Numbered from the stretch's first letter, positions 9,820 through 24,721 are shown. The stretch: DNA of 64,000 bases from Polyangiaceae bacterium (GCA_965222375.1 CBDCTZ010000016.1:2784001-2848000); one strand, 5' to 3'. Translations and numbers: made by a program. Notes: generated from the sequence alone by a model not told the origin.

Positions 9820-12771
9820 GTGTACCAAATAGTTCGGCGAGAGCAGTTCTCGGATAGGACCTTCCTCTGGGACATTTTCGCGCCGGATGTCGCGAAGGCA
9901 GCGCGGCCGGGCCAGTTCGTCATGCTGCGTCTCCACGAGGGTGGAGAGCGCATCCCGCTTACCATCGCTGACTTCGACGTTGATCGCGGCACGGTCACGC
10001 TGGTCATCCAGGGGCTTGGGCGTTCCACCCAGGCCATGCTCAAGAACTACGACGAAGGCGATTGGTTCCTGGATTTCGTCGGGCCGCTAGGACTGGCGAG
10101 CCCCATCGAAAACGAGGGGCATGTGGTATTCGTGGGTGGCGGACTGGGTGTGGCACCCGTGTTTCCACAGCTGCGCGCTTTCAAGCAAGCGGGCGCTCGG
10201 GTCACGGGCATCGTTGGTTTTCGCAGCAAGGATCTGGTTTTTTGGGAGGACCGCTTCCAGGAGCTATGCGACGAGCTGATCGTCTGCACTGACGACGGCT
10301 CCTACGGCCGCGCCGGCTTCGTGACCCAGGCGCTAGAAGAGGTCATCTCGAGGGATCCCGCTCCGGACAAAGTGGTCGCGATCGGGCCATTACCCATGAT
10401 GCGGGCAGCAGCGGACGTCACCCGCGCGAAAGCCATACCGACCCTGGTCAGCTTGAACGCGATCATGGTGGACGGCACCGGCATGTGTGGTTCGTGCCGA
10501 GTCACCGTGGACGGCAAGCTCCGCTTCGCGTGTGTCGATGGCCCCGAGTTCTCTGCCCACGGCGTCGACTTCGCCGAATTGGAAGCGCGCCAACGCCGCT
10601 TCAAGCGCCACGAAGATGAAGCTGGCGAAGACTTCGATCGCGTGTGTAACCTGGAGCTGAAGCTCTTCGACGAAGGCAAGCGAAACTACAAGAAAATCAA
10701 GGCGCTCCCGGAGAAAGCCACTGCCATGCCGGAGCGCGATGCGGTCGAGCGCGCCCAGAACTTCGCAGAGGTCAACCTCGGTTACACCATGCAAGACGCC
10801 TTGCTCGAAGCGAGTCGTTGCATCCAGTGCACCCGCCCCACCTGCATCGCCGGCTGTCCGGTCAGCATCGACATCCCCCGCTTCATTCGACATATGCTGG
10901 TGCGGGATCTTGCGGGCGCTCGGGATGTGATTCACGAGTCGAACCTCTTCCCCAGTATTTGCGGTCGTGTCTGTCCCCAGGAGAGCCAGTGCGAGGCTCA
11001 GTGCATACTGGCGAAGAAGATCGAACCCGTTGCCATTGGGCGCCTAGAGCGTTTCGTCGGTGACCATGCTCCTGACGCGCAGTCGGAACGCCAAGAGCCC
11101 GGCAAGCTGGGCAAGGTTGCAATCGTCGGTTCGGGTCCGGCGGGGCTTGCCTGCGCGGGAGATCTGGCGCGCAAGGGCGCCGAGGTCGTGGTGTTCGAAG
11201 CGCTGCACGTCGTCGGCGGTGTGTTGCGCTATGGCATTCCGTCGTTCCGCCTTCCGCGGGAATCAATTCAGCGCGAAATCAAAACCCTGGAGGGCCTGGG
11301 GGTACGCTTCGAAGTGAACAAGGTCGTTGGCAAGACCTTCACCCTGGAGCAGCTACTGGGCGAAATGGGGTTCTCTGCAGTGTTTGTCGGCACCGGCGCA
11401 GGCTACCCAGTCTTTCTCGGTCTGCCGGGTGAATCGGCAGGTCAGGTATCGTCAGCCAACGAGTTTCTGACCCGCGTGAACTTGATGGGAGGCGACCGCT
11501 TCCCTCACGAAGACACCCCGGTGCAGTTAGGCGACGATGTGGTCGTGATCGGCGCGGGCAATACCGCAATGGATTGCCTGCGCGTGGCCAAGCGCCTGGG
11601 CGCGGCCAACGTACACTGCGTCTACCGGCGCACCGAGGCAGAGGCCCCCGCCCGCTTGGAAGAGATCCGTCACGCCAAAGAAGAAGGCATCGAGTTTCAT
11701 TTTCTGCGTGGGCCGACGGAGATCTTGCTCGACGATCAAGGCGACGTGCGCGGCGTCCGTTGCCAGCAGATGCAGCTCGGTGAGCCGGATGCTTCCGGGC
11801 GGCGCAGGCCTGTGCCCATCGAAGGAGAGTTCTCCGAATTTCCCGCATCGACGGTGATCTACGCCCTGGGCACTCGAGCCAACCCCATCGTGCCCCGCTC
11901 GGCTCCGAAGCTCACTCTCAACCAATGGGGTTACATCGAGGCCGATCCGGTCTCTCAGGCCACGAGCTTGCCGGGCGTGTTCGCTGGCGGCGACATCGTG
12001 ACCGGCGGAGCGACAGTGATCCTCGCCCTGGGTGCGGGGCGGCGCGCGGCGCGGCATATCGTCCAATACCTCCAGAGCGAAACCTGGCCGCCAAAGCCGA
12101 TGGAAGCGCCCGAGGCGGCCGACGCCCCAGGGCAGGGGCGCTGCCCACGCTGTCACGGCAGCTTGGAAGAAGGCGAGCAGTACATTTGCTGCGCAGGCCA
12201 GGAACTGGAATGGCATTGCACGAGCTGTCAGAAGATCTACGAAGGATACGCGTTTCCCTTTGGGCTCTGCGCTGCCTGCGGCGGGAAGCTGGCCCGCAAG
12301 ACCAACGGCGCGAGCCAAGACACCGAAACCCAGCGCACCATCCAAGAAGCGCTCGAAATCGAGCTGGGTGGCATGTCCTTCTATCGTCGCGGTGCCGAAC
12401 TAACCGACGATCCGGAGCTCAAGACGCTGTTTCGGAATCTGGCCGAAATGGAGCAGGAGCACATAGCAATTCTCGCGCGCCGCTACCACGTGCAGCCCCC
12501 GGATCCCGAACACGTGAGCTTGAAGCCTGAGGTCTCGGCGCTCTTCGCGGGCCACGAGAAGGTCCCAACCACGAGCCTCGAGGTGCTCGGCGTCGCGCTC
12601 AGCCTGGAAAGGCACGCCCGTGATTTCTTCACGGAACGAGTGCAGAAGCTGCAGCGTGGCAGTGCAGCGTGGCGCCTCTGCCGGGAACTCGAAGCCGAAG
12701 AGTACGAGCACGTTGCCATGATCGAAACCGAGATCAAGCGACGCTCCGAAGGCCGCCCGGGTTTGTTGTAG
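9820..12771 (+). CDS. Fused NfnA/NfnB-type (SudB/SudA, GltD-like) flavo-iron-sulfur oxidoreductase with C-terminal Cys-rich and ferritin/rubrerythrin-like domains
   Basis: ERIPLTIAD, GGGLGVAP and MVDGTGMCGSCR..ACVDGPEF (NfnA); RCIQC..CIAGCPV, CGRVCPQESQCE, GSGPAG and GAGNTAMD (NfnB); tail with EMEQEH and EEYEH. Confidence 0.85.
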   Translation: MYQIVRREQFSDRTFLWDIFAPDVAKAARPGQFVMLRLHEGGERIPLTIADFDVDRGTVTLVIQGLGRSTQAMLKNYDEGDWFLDFVGPLGLASPIENEGHVVFVGGGLGVAPVFPQLRAFKQAGARVTGIVGFRSKDLVFWEDRFQELCDELIVCTDDGSYGRAGFVTQALEEVISRDPAPDKVVAIGPLPMMRAAADVTRAKAIPTLVSLNAIMVDGTGMCGSCRVTVDGKLRFACVDGPEFSAHGVDFAELEARQRRFKRHEDEAGEDFDRVCNLELKLFDEGKRNYKKIKALPEKATAMPERDAVERAQNFAEVNLGYTMQDALLEASRCIQCTRPTCIAGCPVSIDIPRFIRHMLVRDLAGARDVIHESNLFPSICGRVCPQESQCEAQCILAKKIEPVAIGRLERFVGDHAPDAQSERQEPGKLGKVAIVGSGPAGLACAGDLARKGAEVVVFEALHVVGGVLRYGIPSFRLPRESIQREIKTLEGLGVRFEVNKVVGKTFTLEQLLGEMGFSAVFVGTGAGYPVFLGLPGESAGQVSSANEFLTRVNLMGGDRFPHEDTPVQLGDDVVVIGAGNTAMDCLRVAKRLGAANVHCVYRRTEAEAPARLEEIRHAKEEGIEFHFLRGPTEILLDDQGDVRGVRCQQMQLGEPDASGRRRPVPIEGEFSEFPASTVIYALGTRANPIVPRSAPKLTLNQWGYIEADPVSQATSLPGVFAGGDIVTGGATVILALGAGRRAARHIVQYLQSETWPPKPMEAPEAADAPGQGRCPRCHGSLEEGEQYICCAGQELEWHCTSCQKIYEGYAFPFGLCAACGGKLARKTNGASQDTETQRTIQEALEIELGGMSFYRRGAELTDDPELKTLFRNLAEMEQEHIAILARRYHVQPPDPEHVSLKPEVSALFAGHEKVPTTSLEVLGVALSLERHARDFFTERVQKLQRGSAAWRLCRELEAEEYEHVAMIETEIKRRSEGRPGLL

Positions 12772-12785
12772 AAGCGCCTCGAGTT

Positions 12786-12848
12786 CGCCATCTGCCGTTT
12801 GGAGTTTGGGGGTCGGTGCGCCATCTGCCGTTTGGAGTTTGGGGGTCG
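12786..12848 (+). repeat. Tandem duplication of a 30-bp unit (period 33 bp)
   Basis: CGCCATCTGCCGTTTGGAGTTTGGGGGTCG at 12786 and 12819. Confidence 0.9.
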
Positions 12849-12999
12849 CATCGCTGGGTCGGCAGTGGGCCACTACTCTCTCGTGAGGCCAAGCTCCCGA
12901 TTCGTGGCACCTGTTGCAGCTGGTTGGCACCGGAGATCGAGAAACTCCGACCGCGGTGACGCCCGCCGCGCCGCGCCGAGTTCGTGGTAGATCTACTCG

Positions 13000-13695
13000 G
13001 TGCTGAGCGAAGAGCGAGCCGCGGTCCTCAGTCGAGATGTGGCGTTCTACTCTCGTCTCGACTCATCTGAACGGGCGCGGTTCGCCGAGAAGTTGAACCG
13101 CTTCATCGACACGAAGCACATCGTGGGCAAAAAGGGGGTCGAGGTCGACGAACGCGTTCGTACTCTCGTAGCTGCACCAGCCAGTAGGCTCGCGCTCAAC
13201 CTCGTCGCGGAGCGCTACTGCCGTCTCACGATCGTCAGCGTCTTTCCGACCTCGGAGAGCCTTGGCGGTCGGCAGGGCACTGCGAAGGAATGTTTCAGTG
13301 TTGAGCTCGCCCTCGATGCCCTCGAACGTGGTCTGAAGGATGGGAGCAGTGGGGAGAACGTAGGATACCACGAGTTTGCGCACGTGCTGGATGCCAGTGA
13401 TGGGATCATGGATGGCATCCCCCCCCTCTTGCTCAATCCACGGCTACGCGGACTATGGGGTCGTACGCTCGGTGAGGTCCTCAAGGCCGTGCGCACGCTG
13501 GTCGAGGCAGACGCCTGGGATGTCCTCAAACCAGGAGCCGCCAAGGACGAAGCGGAGTTGTTTGCGTATGCAACCGAAGCGTTTTTCGAGACTCCTCAGG
13601 CCTTCCAACGACACTACCCAGCTTTCTATCGCCTACTGGCGATCTTCTATCGTCAGAATCCTGTCAGAGCTCGCTCCAAGCGCGCGTACCGCTGA
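13000..13695 (+). CDS. MtfA/peptidase M90-like Zn-dependent peptidase
   Basis: [32 protein letters not shown]. Confidence 0.8.
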   Translation: MLSEERAAVLSRDVAFYSRLDSSERARFAEKLNRFIDTKHIVGKKGVEVDERVRTLVAAPASRLALNLVAERYCRLTIVSVFPTSESLGGRQGTAKECFSVELALDALERGLKDGSSGENVGYHEFAHVLDASDGIMDGIPPLLLNPRLRGLWGRTLGEVLKAVRTLVEADAWDVLKPGAAKDEAELFAYATEAFFETPQAFQRHYPAFYRLLAIFYRQNPVRARSKRAYR

Positions 13696-15547
13696 CCGCG
13701 CGGCCGACCACTGCGCCAAGGCTTCGGTGCGGCTGCTCATTCTGTGCATGGGAATCCGGGAATGCTTGGGCGGCCGCGTGGCCCAATGCCGCAAAGGGAC
13801 TGCAGTCGACGCGCTTCGTGATACCCGAAGGGGTGCGCCCGGTTGCTTTTCGGCTCCCAAACCACTGCTGGGACACTGGATACCGTCGAGGATGAAGTCG
13901 TCTGGGCGGTCGCAGAACCAACGCGTCAATTTTGGCGTCTGCACGTTGTATTCGGTACGCAGGCAATCGCGTTCGTCGATCCGCAGGAATACCAACGGCG
14001 AGTGCGGCTTGCGCTTCAGTTTGGTGGAGTCACGGGCACTCTTGGTGCAGCGCACGATCCAAGGGTGACCCACCTCTAGGTTCACGCCGCGTTGCCGCAG
14101 GTAGTCGAGTGGTGCGCTTTTCATGTGGCCGCGCTTCAGGGAGCGTGTCGAGAGACGGGCAACGTGGCGGTCGGTCAGGCCCCACTGGTCGATCGTGGTG
14201 CGATCAGAGTAGTAGGCAACGGTGCCGGCCAACTTGGCGGCGAGGATGGTTTGAGGTGGAGTCTTCTGCTCGATGGCGGGTGCGCTTCGGATCCCTTCTT
14301 CGGCGAACTTGGTCATCAAGGCATGACTCTGCATTCCAAAGCGCTTCTCCATCTTGGGCTTGCCAGGGCCAACGGCAAAAACCAACCCAACCACGAGGAC
14401 CGCGGCCGGTGAGGAGACTCGAGCCAACGTCAGCACGCCGAGGCCAGCCAACGCTGCGATCAGGGGGTAGACGTGAAACGCGAAGCGGTAGTGCATGAAG
14501 TCCCCACCCGCGTTGACTACGTATGCTGTGAACAGTGCGATTGACAAGCCCGCCCACGCTGTCAGAGGGCGCAGTCGTGGCTGGGGCGGAAGTCCGACTG
14601 CCAACACACACAGGGTGCCGAGCACAAACACGTGAGGGTAGCTGCTGAGGAAGAATTCGACATACTCGAGCCCGGCCTCCCGCATGGGCTCCGAAGAACG
14701 CTTTGCGTAGTAGGTGTTTGGAATCAGAGTGCCGTAGTAGGTGAGCTTCCAGACCGCGAACGAGATCATCGCTACGAAGAACAGGCCGTAGTGTCGAAGC
14801 AGATGGATCGACGTACTGAGGAGTGTGCGCGCAGCCCCGGCAAGTCGCCACTTTGACCTGGCGATCGCGATCGTGGTTACAAAAATGCTGGCGGCCACGA
14901 AGAGCGCGCCGTCCGGTCGCGTCAGGACGATAGTCGTGGGCAGTATTCCGTGCAGCCAGCGCCATCGCACGCTCTGCTGCGTCGGGATTGCCGGGAAGCT
15001 CTTGTGCTCTATAGCGGCGAACGCCAGGACTTGCGCGGAAAAGAAGGTCGTCTCGAGCCCTGTGCCGGCGAAGGACGCATAGTCGCTGGGCAGCAGCAAC
15101 CAAGCGAGAGGAGCCAAGGCGAGCAGATCTGACCATCGGCCGCGCGCTGCTCGGTGCGCGAGTAGCGCACACAGAGGAACGGCGGCGACGTATGCGACGC
15201 GCCCAAGGGTCTGGGCTACAGCTAGCGGTGCCAGCTCCAATTTGATCCCGGCGGCGACAAGCAACACCCAGAGCAAGTTTGTGTAGCCCTCCACGGGCTC
15301 GCCCGGGTTGTAAACCAAGCCCCGACCCCGCGCGAGGTTGTCGGCGTACCGAAACGAGATGAACGCGTCGTCGCAAGGCGCGGAGATTGCCCATACCTGG
15401 CCTCAAGGCAAGGGCAGACAGCGCCAAGGTGCCGGTGACGAAAAGCGCTAAGATGAGGCGAGTTCGTAGTTCTGTTGAGAGGACGAAGTTCCCACGCGCC
15501 GACAACGGTCCGAGTACACCGCTCCACTTACGGCCAATTGACTTCAT
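13633..15547 (-). pseudogene. GT-C-type (arabinofuranosyltransferase-like) multi-TM glycosyltransferase with an apparent frameshift near 15400
   Basis: [44 protein letters not shown] and PNTYYAK motifs. The first TM helix, read from ATG 15547, is in a different frame. Could be a sequencing error. Confidence 0.7.
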
Positions 15548-15551
15548 GGCC

Positions 15552-16991
15552 TCAGTTCCGACAGCAGAAGTCTTTGGCAGCGACCACTACGGCGCTGTCA
15601 GGTTTGGGGCCGCGGAGCAGTCGCATCGTGGCGCGTTGAGTTGCGTCGAAGAACTCGATCTCGATGGGATACCAACCGGTTCGAACGTGAACCGTCTCGC
15701 AGGTGCGCTTGACTGGATGTACGTTCCAATCGTCGATCAGCCTGCGCCCGTTGAAACGCACGCGATTGCCGTCATCGCTTTCCGAGCACAGCGAGTAGCT
15801 GCCAGCCGCCGGGAAGAATAGCAGTCCTTTCCAGCGAACGCTGAAGTTGTCAGGTGGGACCGCGGCGGTGACGCTCCCGGCACTGGAGAAATTGATGCTG
15901 GTGTCTACCTGCGACGTGAGCCGTTTCTGAAACTTTCGGCCTTGGAAGTAGTGACCCACGATACCGCCACGTCGTTCTGCAGCGGGTGCGCTACGCACCG
16001 GTGACTCAGGCCACGTATGGATCACAAAGGCGGTTGTGCCCGCGAGTACGGCGAGGAGCGGAGACAGGGCCACGGCTAGGGCCCAGCGCTTGCGCTGTCG
16101 ACGCTCCGCTACTGTGCTGTAGTGGTCGATCACATAGCGCTCGAGGGTCGAGAGGAAGCGACGTGCGGGTGTAAGGTCGAAAGCAGCTGGTCGAGGAGTC
16201 CGAGAATCCCAATGCCGCAGCCGCGCCAACTCCGCGGCGCCGCGCAGTTCGAAGTAGTCGTGGAGCACATTCGCAGTGATGTCTGGCCGATCCGCGAACT
16301 GCGCGTCGAATCGCGCAAATACCTCCGCGTCTTCGATCCAAGGTTGACCAGCCACGGCCTGCAAGATCTGGAGTCCGTCGCGGACAACGTCGACTGCGGC
16401 CCCTAGACGCGCGTGGACCGGCATATGTATTGCTGCGTCGAGGGATTCCAGCACGGACGCGTTGTGTTGGACCATTCGAACCAACCCGCGGCGCACGGAG
16501 CGTGGGTCGCGCCGCAGGTCGTGCAACGTGGCGTACCCGATCCCACCGCCAGGTTCTTGGCGGTGGGGCACGCGGGCTACAGCCTCGCTCAAGCGATCCC
16601 AATCCGAGCGGTGAAGCAGAACCGGATAGGCGACGAAGCCCCTATCCGCGAGAAAACGCACCAGGCGTTTCAGGGTTTTGGTAGTGACCTTCCGCGAGTC
16701 ACGTAGATGGATCGCACCGAGATAGGCGACCGGTGGCGACGGGAGCCGCAGCAGTCGCACCTGGAGCATCGCAAACCTGGTGGCAACGCGGGTCTCGATG
16801 GTCGCAACGTCGTCCCCTGCGGCCGCCTCGGAGGGTGGGATCGGTGATGGGGACTCTTTTCGCGAAGGCTCGAGCCCAGCTTCGTTCACGCGTGCCACAT
16901 CGTTACCGTCGCCGTGGTCGCCCAACCTGCTACCTCGCTGGGCGGCACTGACGGGCGGGTAGCAATTAACGCGCCGTTCGAGTATCCCCAC
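15552..16991 (-). CDS. Membrane protein with a C-terminal PA14 domain (start uncertain)
   Basis: TM helix followed by GHYF...DTSINF...DNFSVRWKG...SDDGNRV..NGRRLIDDW...GWYPIEIEFF. Confidence 0.75.
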   Translation of the reverse strand: MGILERRVNCYPPVSAAQRGSRLGDHGDGNDVARVNEAGLEPSRKESPSPIPPSEAAAGDDVATIETRVATRFAMLQVRLLRLPSPPVAYLGAIHLRDSRKVTTKTLKRLVRFLADRGFVAYPVLLHRSDWDRLSEAVARVPHRQEPGGGIGYATLHDLRRDPRSVRRGLVRMVQHNASVLESLDAAIHMPVHARLGAAVDVVRDGLQILQAVAGQPWIEDAEVFARFDAQFADRPDITANVLHDYFELRGAAELARLRHWDSRTPRPAAFDLTPARRFLSTLERYVIDHYSTVAERRQRKRWALAVALSPLLAVLAGTTAFVIHTWPESPVRSAPAAERRGGIVGHYFQGRKFQKRLTSQVDTSINFSSAGSVTAAVPPDNFSVRWKGLLFFPAAGSYSLCSESDDGNRVRFNGRRLIDDWNVHPVKRTCETVHVRTGWYPIEIEFFDATQRATMRLLRGPKPDSAVVVAAKDFCCRN

Positions 16992-17210
16992 GCTCGGGCG
17001 CCAGGCCAGGCGGTCGCGGGCGTGCTGTCGTCACGCTCCCTGAAGGAACTCCGAGCAGGGTGGCACGCATCGGCACAGGCACCACGTCACCGATGTCCTT
17101 GATGAGTCTGCAGATGTGCCAGATCTCGTCGACCCTTGCGTGGGCGCCGGCATGTAGCGGGAGACCAAGGCGTCGCCGCACCTTGGCCGCCCAGCTACGA
17201 GCTGCCGCAG

Positions 17211-20876
<3,666 letters not shown>

Positions 20877-20908
20877 CCTGTTCCTCGGGCGTCCCCGCTC
20901 CTCGCAGA

Positions 20909-20951
20909 ACTGACGCTGGCGTCAGTGTACGGAGGGATTGACGGGGGGCAA
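20909..20951 (-). promoter_or_regulatory. Putative sigma70 promoter (TTGCCC-N16-TACACT) overlapped by palindrome ACTGACGC-TG-GCGTCAGT
   Basis: Inverted repeat with perfect 8-bp arms at 20909-20926 overlaps the -10 box, 33 bp upstream of the activator ATG. Confidence 0.6.
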
Positions 20952-21039
20952 GTCCAAGGGCGAACTTCTGCCGGATAGGAGATGGTTGCCGGATTTTCAA
21001 GGAGATAGAGAGTCGGTGGCGGCTGCGGATCGTGGCCAT

Positions 21040-21055
21040 CTGACGCCCGTGTCAG
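21040..21055. promoter_or_regulatory. Second copy of the putative operator (CTGACGCCCGTGTCAG)
   Basis: Same CTGAC-N6-GTCAG layout as at 20910, 130 bp away, upstream of the divergent gene. Confidence 0.5.
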
Positions 21056-21109
21056 TCCCACGCAGCTCGGGGGCTCGCTCCCCGCCTTGATTGGGAGCAC
21101 TCTAGAGGG

Positions 21110-22357
21110 ATGCGGGTCCCTTGGAAGCACGTCAGCTTGGCCATCTCAAGCGGCCTGCTTCTCGCCCTGGCATGCTCCGCGAGCCCCGGTGGCGAGGATG
21201 GTCCGGCCGGCACTGGGTCGGCTTCGGCGACTGGCGGTGCGGGTGGCGGAACGGGTTCCGGCGGCGGGAATAGTGGAACCGGCGGCGGTATCAGTCTCGA
21301 TTCCGGGACCGGCGGCAGCGATCCCGGTGACGCCGCTTGTCAGACGTTCTCTCAGGAAGCCAAGGAGGTCTTCGAACCGGCGGACATCGTGTGGGCAGTC
21401 GATACCTCCTGCAGCATGATTGAGGAGGCTGCGGCGGTACAGACCAACATCAACGCCTTCAGTCAGCAGATCGTGGCGACGGGCATTGATGCTCACGTCG
21501 TGATGCTGGCGGGTTACCAGTTTTTGATCCTGCCTGGCATTTGCGTGCCCGGCCCGCTTGGCTCTGGACTGTGTCCGCCCCAAGGTTCGGACACCAAGCT
21601 ACCGAACTTCCTGCATCCGCCGAATGTGCTTATCGACAGCGTGGACGCGGCAAAGCAGTTGGTGCAGCTATTCCCGGTCTACAAGCAGATGCTGCGCCCG
21701 AATGCGCTCAAATACTTGGTTGTCGTCACCGACGACGATTCGCGTACCGGCACGGGCTCCGGCGGCACCGGGGATCCGGGGCCTTATGACAACAACCCGG
21801 ACTTGTTCATCAAGGACTACACCGCGCTCGATCCGAGCCTTGCTGACAGTTCGGGCAATCCCAAATGGAAGCTCTCGGCCGTGTACTCCTTCACTCAGTG
21901 TGCGAACGCCGCCGCGGTCGGACAAGTTTGGAAGGACATCGTCACCAAAACGGGCGGCGTGCATGGCGACATTTGCCAATGCCCACCGGGGCAAGCGGCG
22001 CCTTGCGCCCAGACCTTCCAGAAGATCTTCAACGAGCTGGCCACGAAGATCATTCAGGGGAGTCAGCCCCTCACTTGTGAGTGGAAGATCCCTCCGCCGC
22101 CCGCTGGGCAAACCTTGGATCCCAACAAGGTGAACGTCGAGTTCATCAATCAAGACGCCGGCACTCAGGAAACCATCTTCCACGTCAAGGACGCAGCTGC
22201 CTGCGACCCAGTGGTGGGCGGCTGGTACTATGACAACAATGCCGCACCGACGAGCGTGAAAGCGTGTCCCGCGTCCTGCAGCAAGATCACGCCGGTGGTC
22301 AAAGGCCGCATCGATGTGGTCTTTGGCTGCGCCACCAAGAACCTGCCGCCTCGTTGA
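21110..22357 (+). CDS. Myxobacterial lipoprotein with Gly-rich linker and vWA-like domain
   Basis: Lipobox LALAC, DIVWAVDTSCSM (MIDAS-like), VVVTDD, C-terminal DPNKVNV...GWYYD...CPASC. Confidence 0.8.
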   Translation: MRVPWKHVSLAISSGLLLALACSASPGGEDGPAGTGSASATGGAGGGTGSGGGNSGTGGGISLDSGTGGSDPGDAACQTFSQEAKEVFEPADIVWAVDTSCSMIEEAAAVQTNINAFSQQIVATGIDAHVVMLAGYQFLILPGICVPGPLGSGLCPPQGSDTKLPNFLHPPNVLIDSVDAAKQLVQLFPVYKQMLRPNALKYLVVVTDDDSRTGTGSGGTGDPGPYDNNPDLFIKDYTALDPSLADSSGNPKWKLSAVYSFTQCANAAAVGQVWKDIVTKTGGVHGDICQCPPGQAAPCAQTFQKIFNELATKIIQGSQPLTCEWKIPPPPAGQTLDPNKVNVEFINQDAGTQETIFHVKDAAACDPVVGGWYYDNNAAPTSVKACPASCSKITPVVKGRIDVVFGCATKNLPPR

Positions 22358-22473
22358 GCACACCCGCGCCACAAAGCCGCGTTGGCAGTGTAAGTGCCGC
22401 GGAGCGGGCTCGTTAAGCGGGCATGAAACGTTCTTGTTAGCGGTCATGAAAAAGGGCGCATAGATGGGCGCGT

Positions 22474-23241
22474 CTAAGTGGGCTTGTTCGCCTTTTTGGA
22501 GGCGGCGCGTTCTTTGGCTTCCTTTGCGCGGTAACTCTGGCCCTGGATGTGGATGACTTCGCAGCGGTGGATGAGGCGATCGACCAAGGTGACGACGCAG
22601 GCGGCGTGGGGAAAGACGTCGGGCCACTCGCTGAAGGGCTTGTTCGTGGTCAGCACCACGGGCTTGAGCGCCTCGTAGCGTCTGGTGACGACCTCGAAGA
22701 GCAGATCGGCATAGCGGCTGTCGTAGGAAAGGTAACCGACCTCGTCGACGCACAGGAGCTGCGGGTGGGTGTATTGGCGCAGGCGACGGCTGAGGGCGGC
22801 GCTGCTGTCTTGACCCGCAAGTTCGTTGAGCATGGCGCTGGCTGTGGTGAAACGCACCGTATAGCCGCGCATCACGCAGTGATGTGCGAGATTTTTGAGC
22901 AACATCGTCTTGCCGACGCCGTTGGGCCCAAGCAACACGGCATTGGCGCCTTCGGCGAATAGGTTGAGGCGAAAGAGCTCGTCGACGGAGCTCTTGTCGA
23001 TCTTCTTCGGCCACTTCCAATCGAAGTCGGTGAGCGGCTTGAATCGACCCAGCCGGGCATTTTTGATGCGACGCTCCAGACTGCGCCGGGTGCGTTCGGC
23101 TTCCTCGTAGGCGAGCAACGGACCAAGCCAATCTGCGCTCACCACGTCGTCCCAGTTGGCCAGAAGACCGTGCAACCCCAGGCGGTGCGCACGCTCTCGC
23201 AGATCCTTGTCAGCCTGATCGCTCGTCGTCGTTGTCATCAT
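22474..23241 (-). CDS. istB: IS21 helper ATPase IstB
   Basis: [14 protein letters not shown] (Walker A), LLCVDEVGY (Walker B), [17 protein letters not shown] 23241 follows GGAGAG. Confidence 0.92.
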   Translation of the reverse strand: MMTTTTSDQADKDLRERAHRLGLHGLLANWDDVVSADWLGPLLAYEEAERTRRSLERRIKNARLGRFKPLTDFDWKWPKKIDKSSVDELFRLNLFAEGANAVLLGPNGVGKTMLLKNLAHHCVMRGYTVRFTTASAMLNELAGQDSSAALSRRLRQYTHPQLLCVDEVGYLSYDSRYADLLFEVVTRRYEALKPVVLTTNKPFSEWPDVFPHAACVVTLVDRLIHRCEVIHIQGQSYRAKEAKERAASKKANKPT

Positions 23242-24721
23242 CGTCTCTCCCAATACCGTCGTAGTCGCTGAGTGAATGCGGGGTGACGACCGGGCCTTGC
23301 ACGCGGTCGTCGTCGGGAAGATGTCGCCCCACGGGTGGAGGGGTGCCGCGCTCGTAGCGGCGTCGCTCCAGGACGTGGTGCACAGCCGCAAGGTGTGGTG
23401 TGCCGAGTTGCACAACCTCGGCCAGCGCAGCTTCCAGCTCCGCGGCCCCAACTCGGTCCAGCTGCTTGAGCATCGCAATCGTCGCGCCGCCCAAGTTCTT
23501 GCCCTGCTCGGCCAGCACTTTGAAAAGCTTTCGGGAAGATGGCGCCGCGTGATGCAAGCGATCAAGGCCGCGATGCGCGTGGGCTTGCCGTTTCCACTCT
23601 GCAAGCGCCGCAATGTGTGCCGGCTCCTCGATCGCCTGACGGCGATCCCAGCACCGGGCGTGCTCCGCGATGGTGTCTTCACCGTCGAGGACACGCACGG
23701 TCGTCATGCTTGCCACCACGGTGAGGCTCCTGCGTGTATGCGTTGCCGGAATGGAGTAGTCGTTCAGGTCGAAACGCACGTAGGGCGTCTTGCCCACGGC
23801 AACCTCGATGCGCTCGTCGGTCAAAAATGGATTGCTCGGTAGCTCCAACAGACGCGGCTTCTCTTCGGCGAAGGCCTCCGAGACGTTCAGGGTCTCATCC
23901 TCGGGACAACGACGCTCCGCCGCAGTGCCCAGGCACCAGTCGAGTGCTTGCTCATTCAGATCGTCGAGATCGCGATACTCGCGTGCGGCGAAGAAGCTGG
24001 ATCTGATGTAGCGGATCGCGCGCTCGACGCGGCCCTTCTCATTGCCGCGTGCCACCGCGACTGGGCGTGGCTCGTAGCGATAGTGGCCAGCTAACTCCAG
24101 CAGCGTGGGGTGAAAACGGATCGCATCGCCCTTGCGCTCCAGCACCGCACTCTTGAGATTGTCGTACAGCAGGACCCGTGGAACGCCTGCCCAGAAATCA
24201 AACGCAGACACATGCCCGTGAAGAAAACTCGACATGTTGGCGTTCAGGTAGAAGCGTAGAAACACCATCCGCGACCAGCTGAGCACCATCACAAATGCCA
24301 TCAGCTGCCGGCTCGCTCGCCCAACTGAAAGAGTCCCGAAATGCGCCCAATCCACTTGGCCCTGTTCGCCAGGCAGCGTGCGCAAACGCATGTACGCTTC
24401 CGCTGTTGGTCGCGGTCTGTGTCGAGCGACGATGCGGCGAAAATGATCTGAGCCGCCCTGGTAGCCCCGCTCTTTCGCCATCGCGTAAACGCGGATCGCC
24501 GGCAGCTTCGGGTACTGCGCCAGCGTCTCGATGATCAGTGGGACGTAGGGATCGGTAATTGACGGACGCAGACTCCGGGACACCGTGTCGACCCCGGCGT
24601 CTCGCAGGACACGCCGCACCGTGCCGTGGTGGATGCCAAGCTGCTGGGCAATCGTCCCGATCTTCCACTTCTCCGCGTGGTACAGCCGGAGGATTTCGGC
24701 TCTGCGCTCCTTGCTGATCAC
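23210..24721 (-). CDS. istA: IS21 transposase IstA
   Basis: N-terminal [25 protein letters not shown]. Confidence 0.93.
   Translation of the reverse strand: MISKERRAEILRLYHAEKWKIGTIAQQLGIHHGTVRRVLRDAGVDTVSRSLRPSITDPYVPLIIETLAQYPKLPAIRVYAMAKERGYQGGSDHFRRIVARHRPRPTAEAYMRLRTLPGEQGQVDWAHFGTLSVGRASRQLMAFVMVLSWSRMVFLRFYLNANMSSFLHGHVSAFDFWAGVPRVLLYDNLKSAVLERKGDAIRFHPTLLELAGHYRYEPRPVAVARGNEKGRVERAIRYIRSSFFAAREYRDLDDLNEQALDWCLGTAAERRCPEDETLNVSEAFAEEKPRLLELPSNPFLTDERIEVAVGKTPYVRFDLNDYSIPATHTRRSLTVVASMTTVRVLDGEDTIAEHARCWDRRQAIEEPAHIAALAEWKRQAHAHRGLDRLHHAAPSSRKLFKVLAEQGKNLGGATIAMLKQLDRVGAAELEAALAEVVQLGTPHLAAVHHVLERRRYERGTPPPVGRHLPDDDRVQGPVVTPHSLSDYDGIGRDDDDNDDERSG

Noticed and set aside
12786..12848. 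30-bp direct repeats as a CRISPR array
   Set aside because: Only two copies, separated by 3 bp; no spacers and no cas genes.
12799..12999. In-frame TAG upstream of the MtfA-like gene as readthrough or recoding
   Set aside because: The upstream peptide shows no family resemblance and there is no other sign of recoding.
16966..17181. 71-aa minus-strand ORF as the missing dehydratase partner
   Set aside because: Too short and no recognisable motif.
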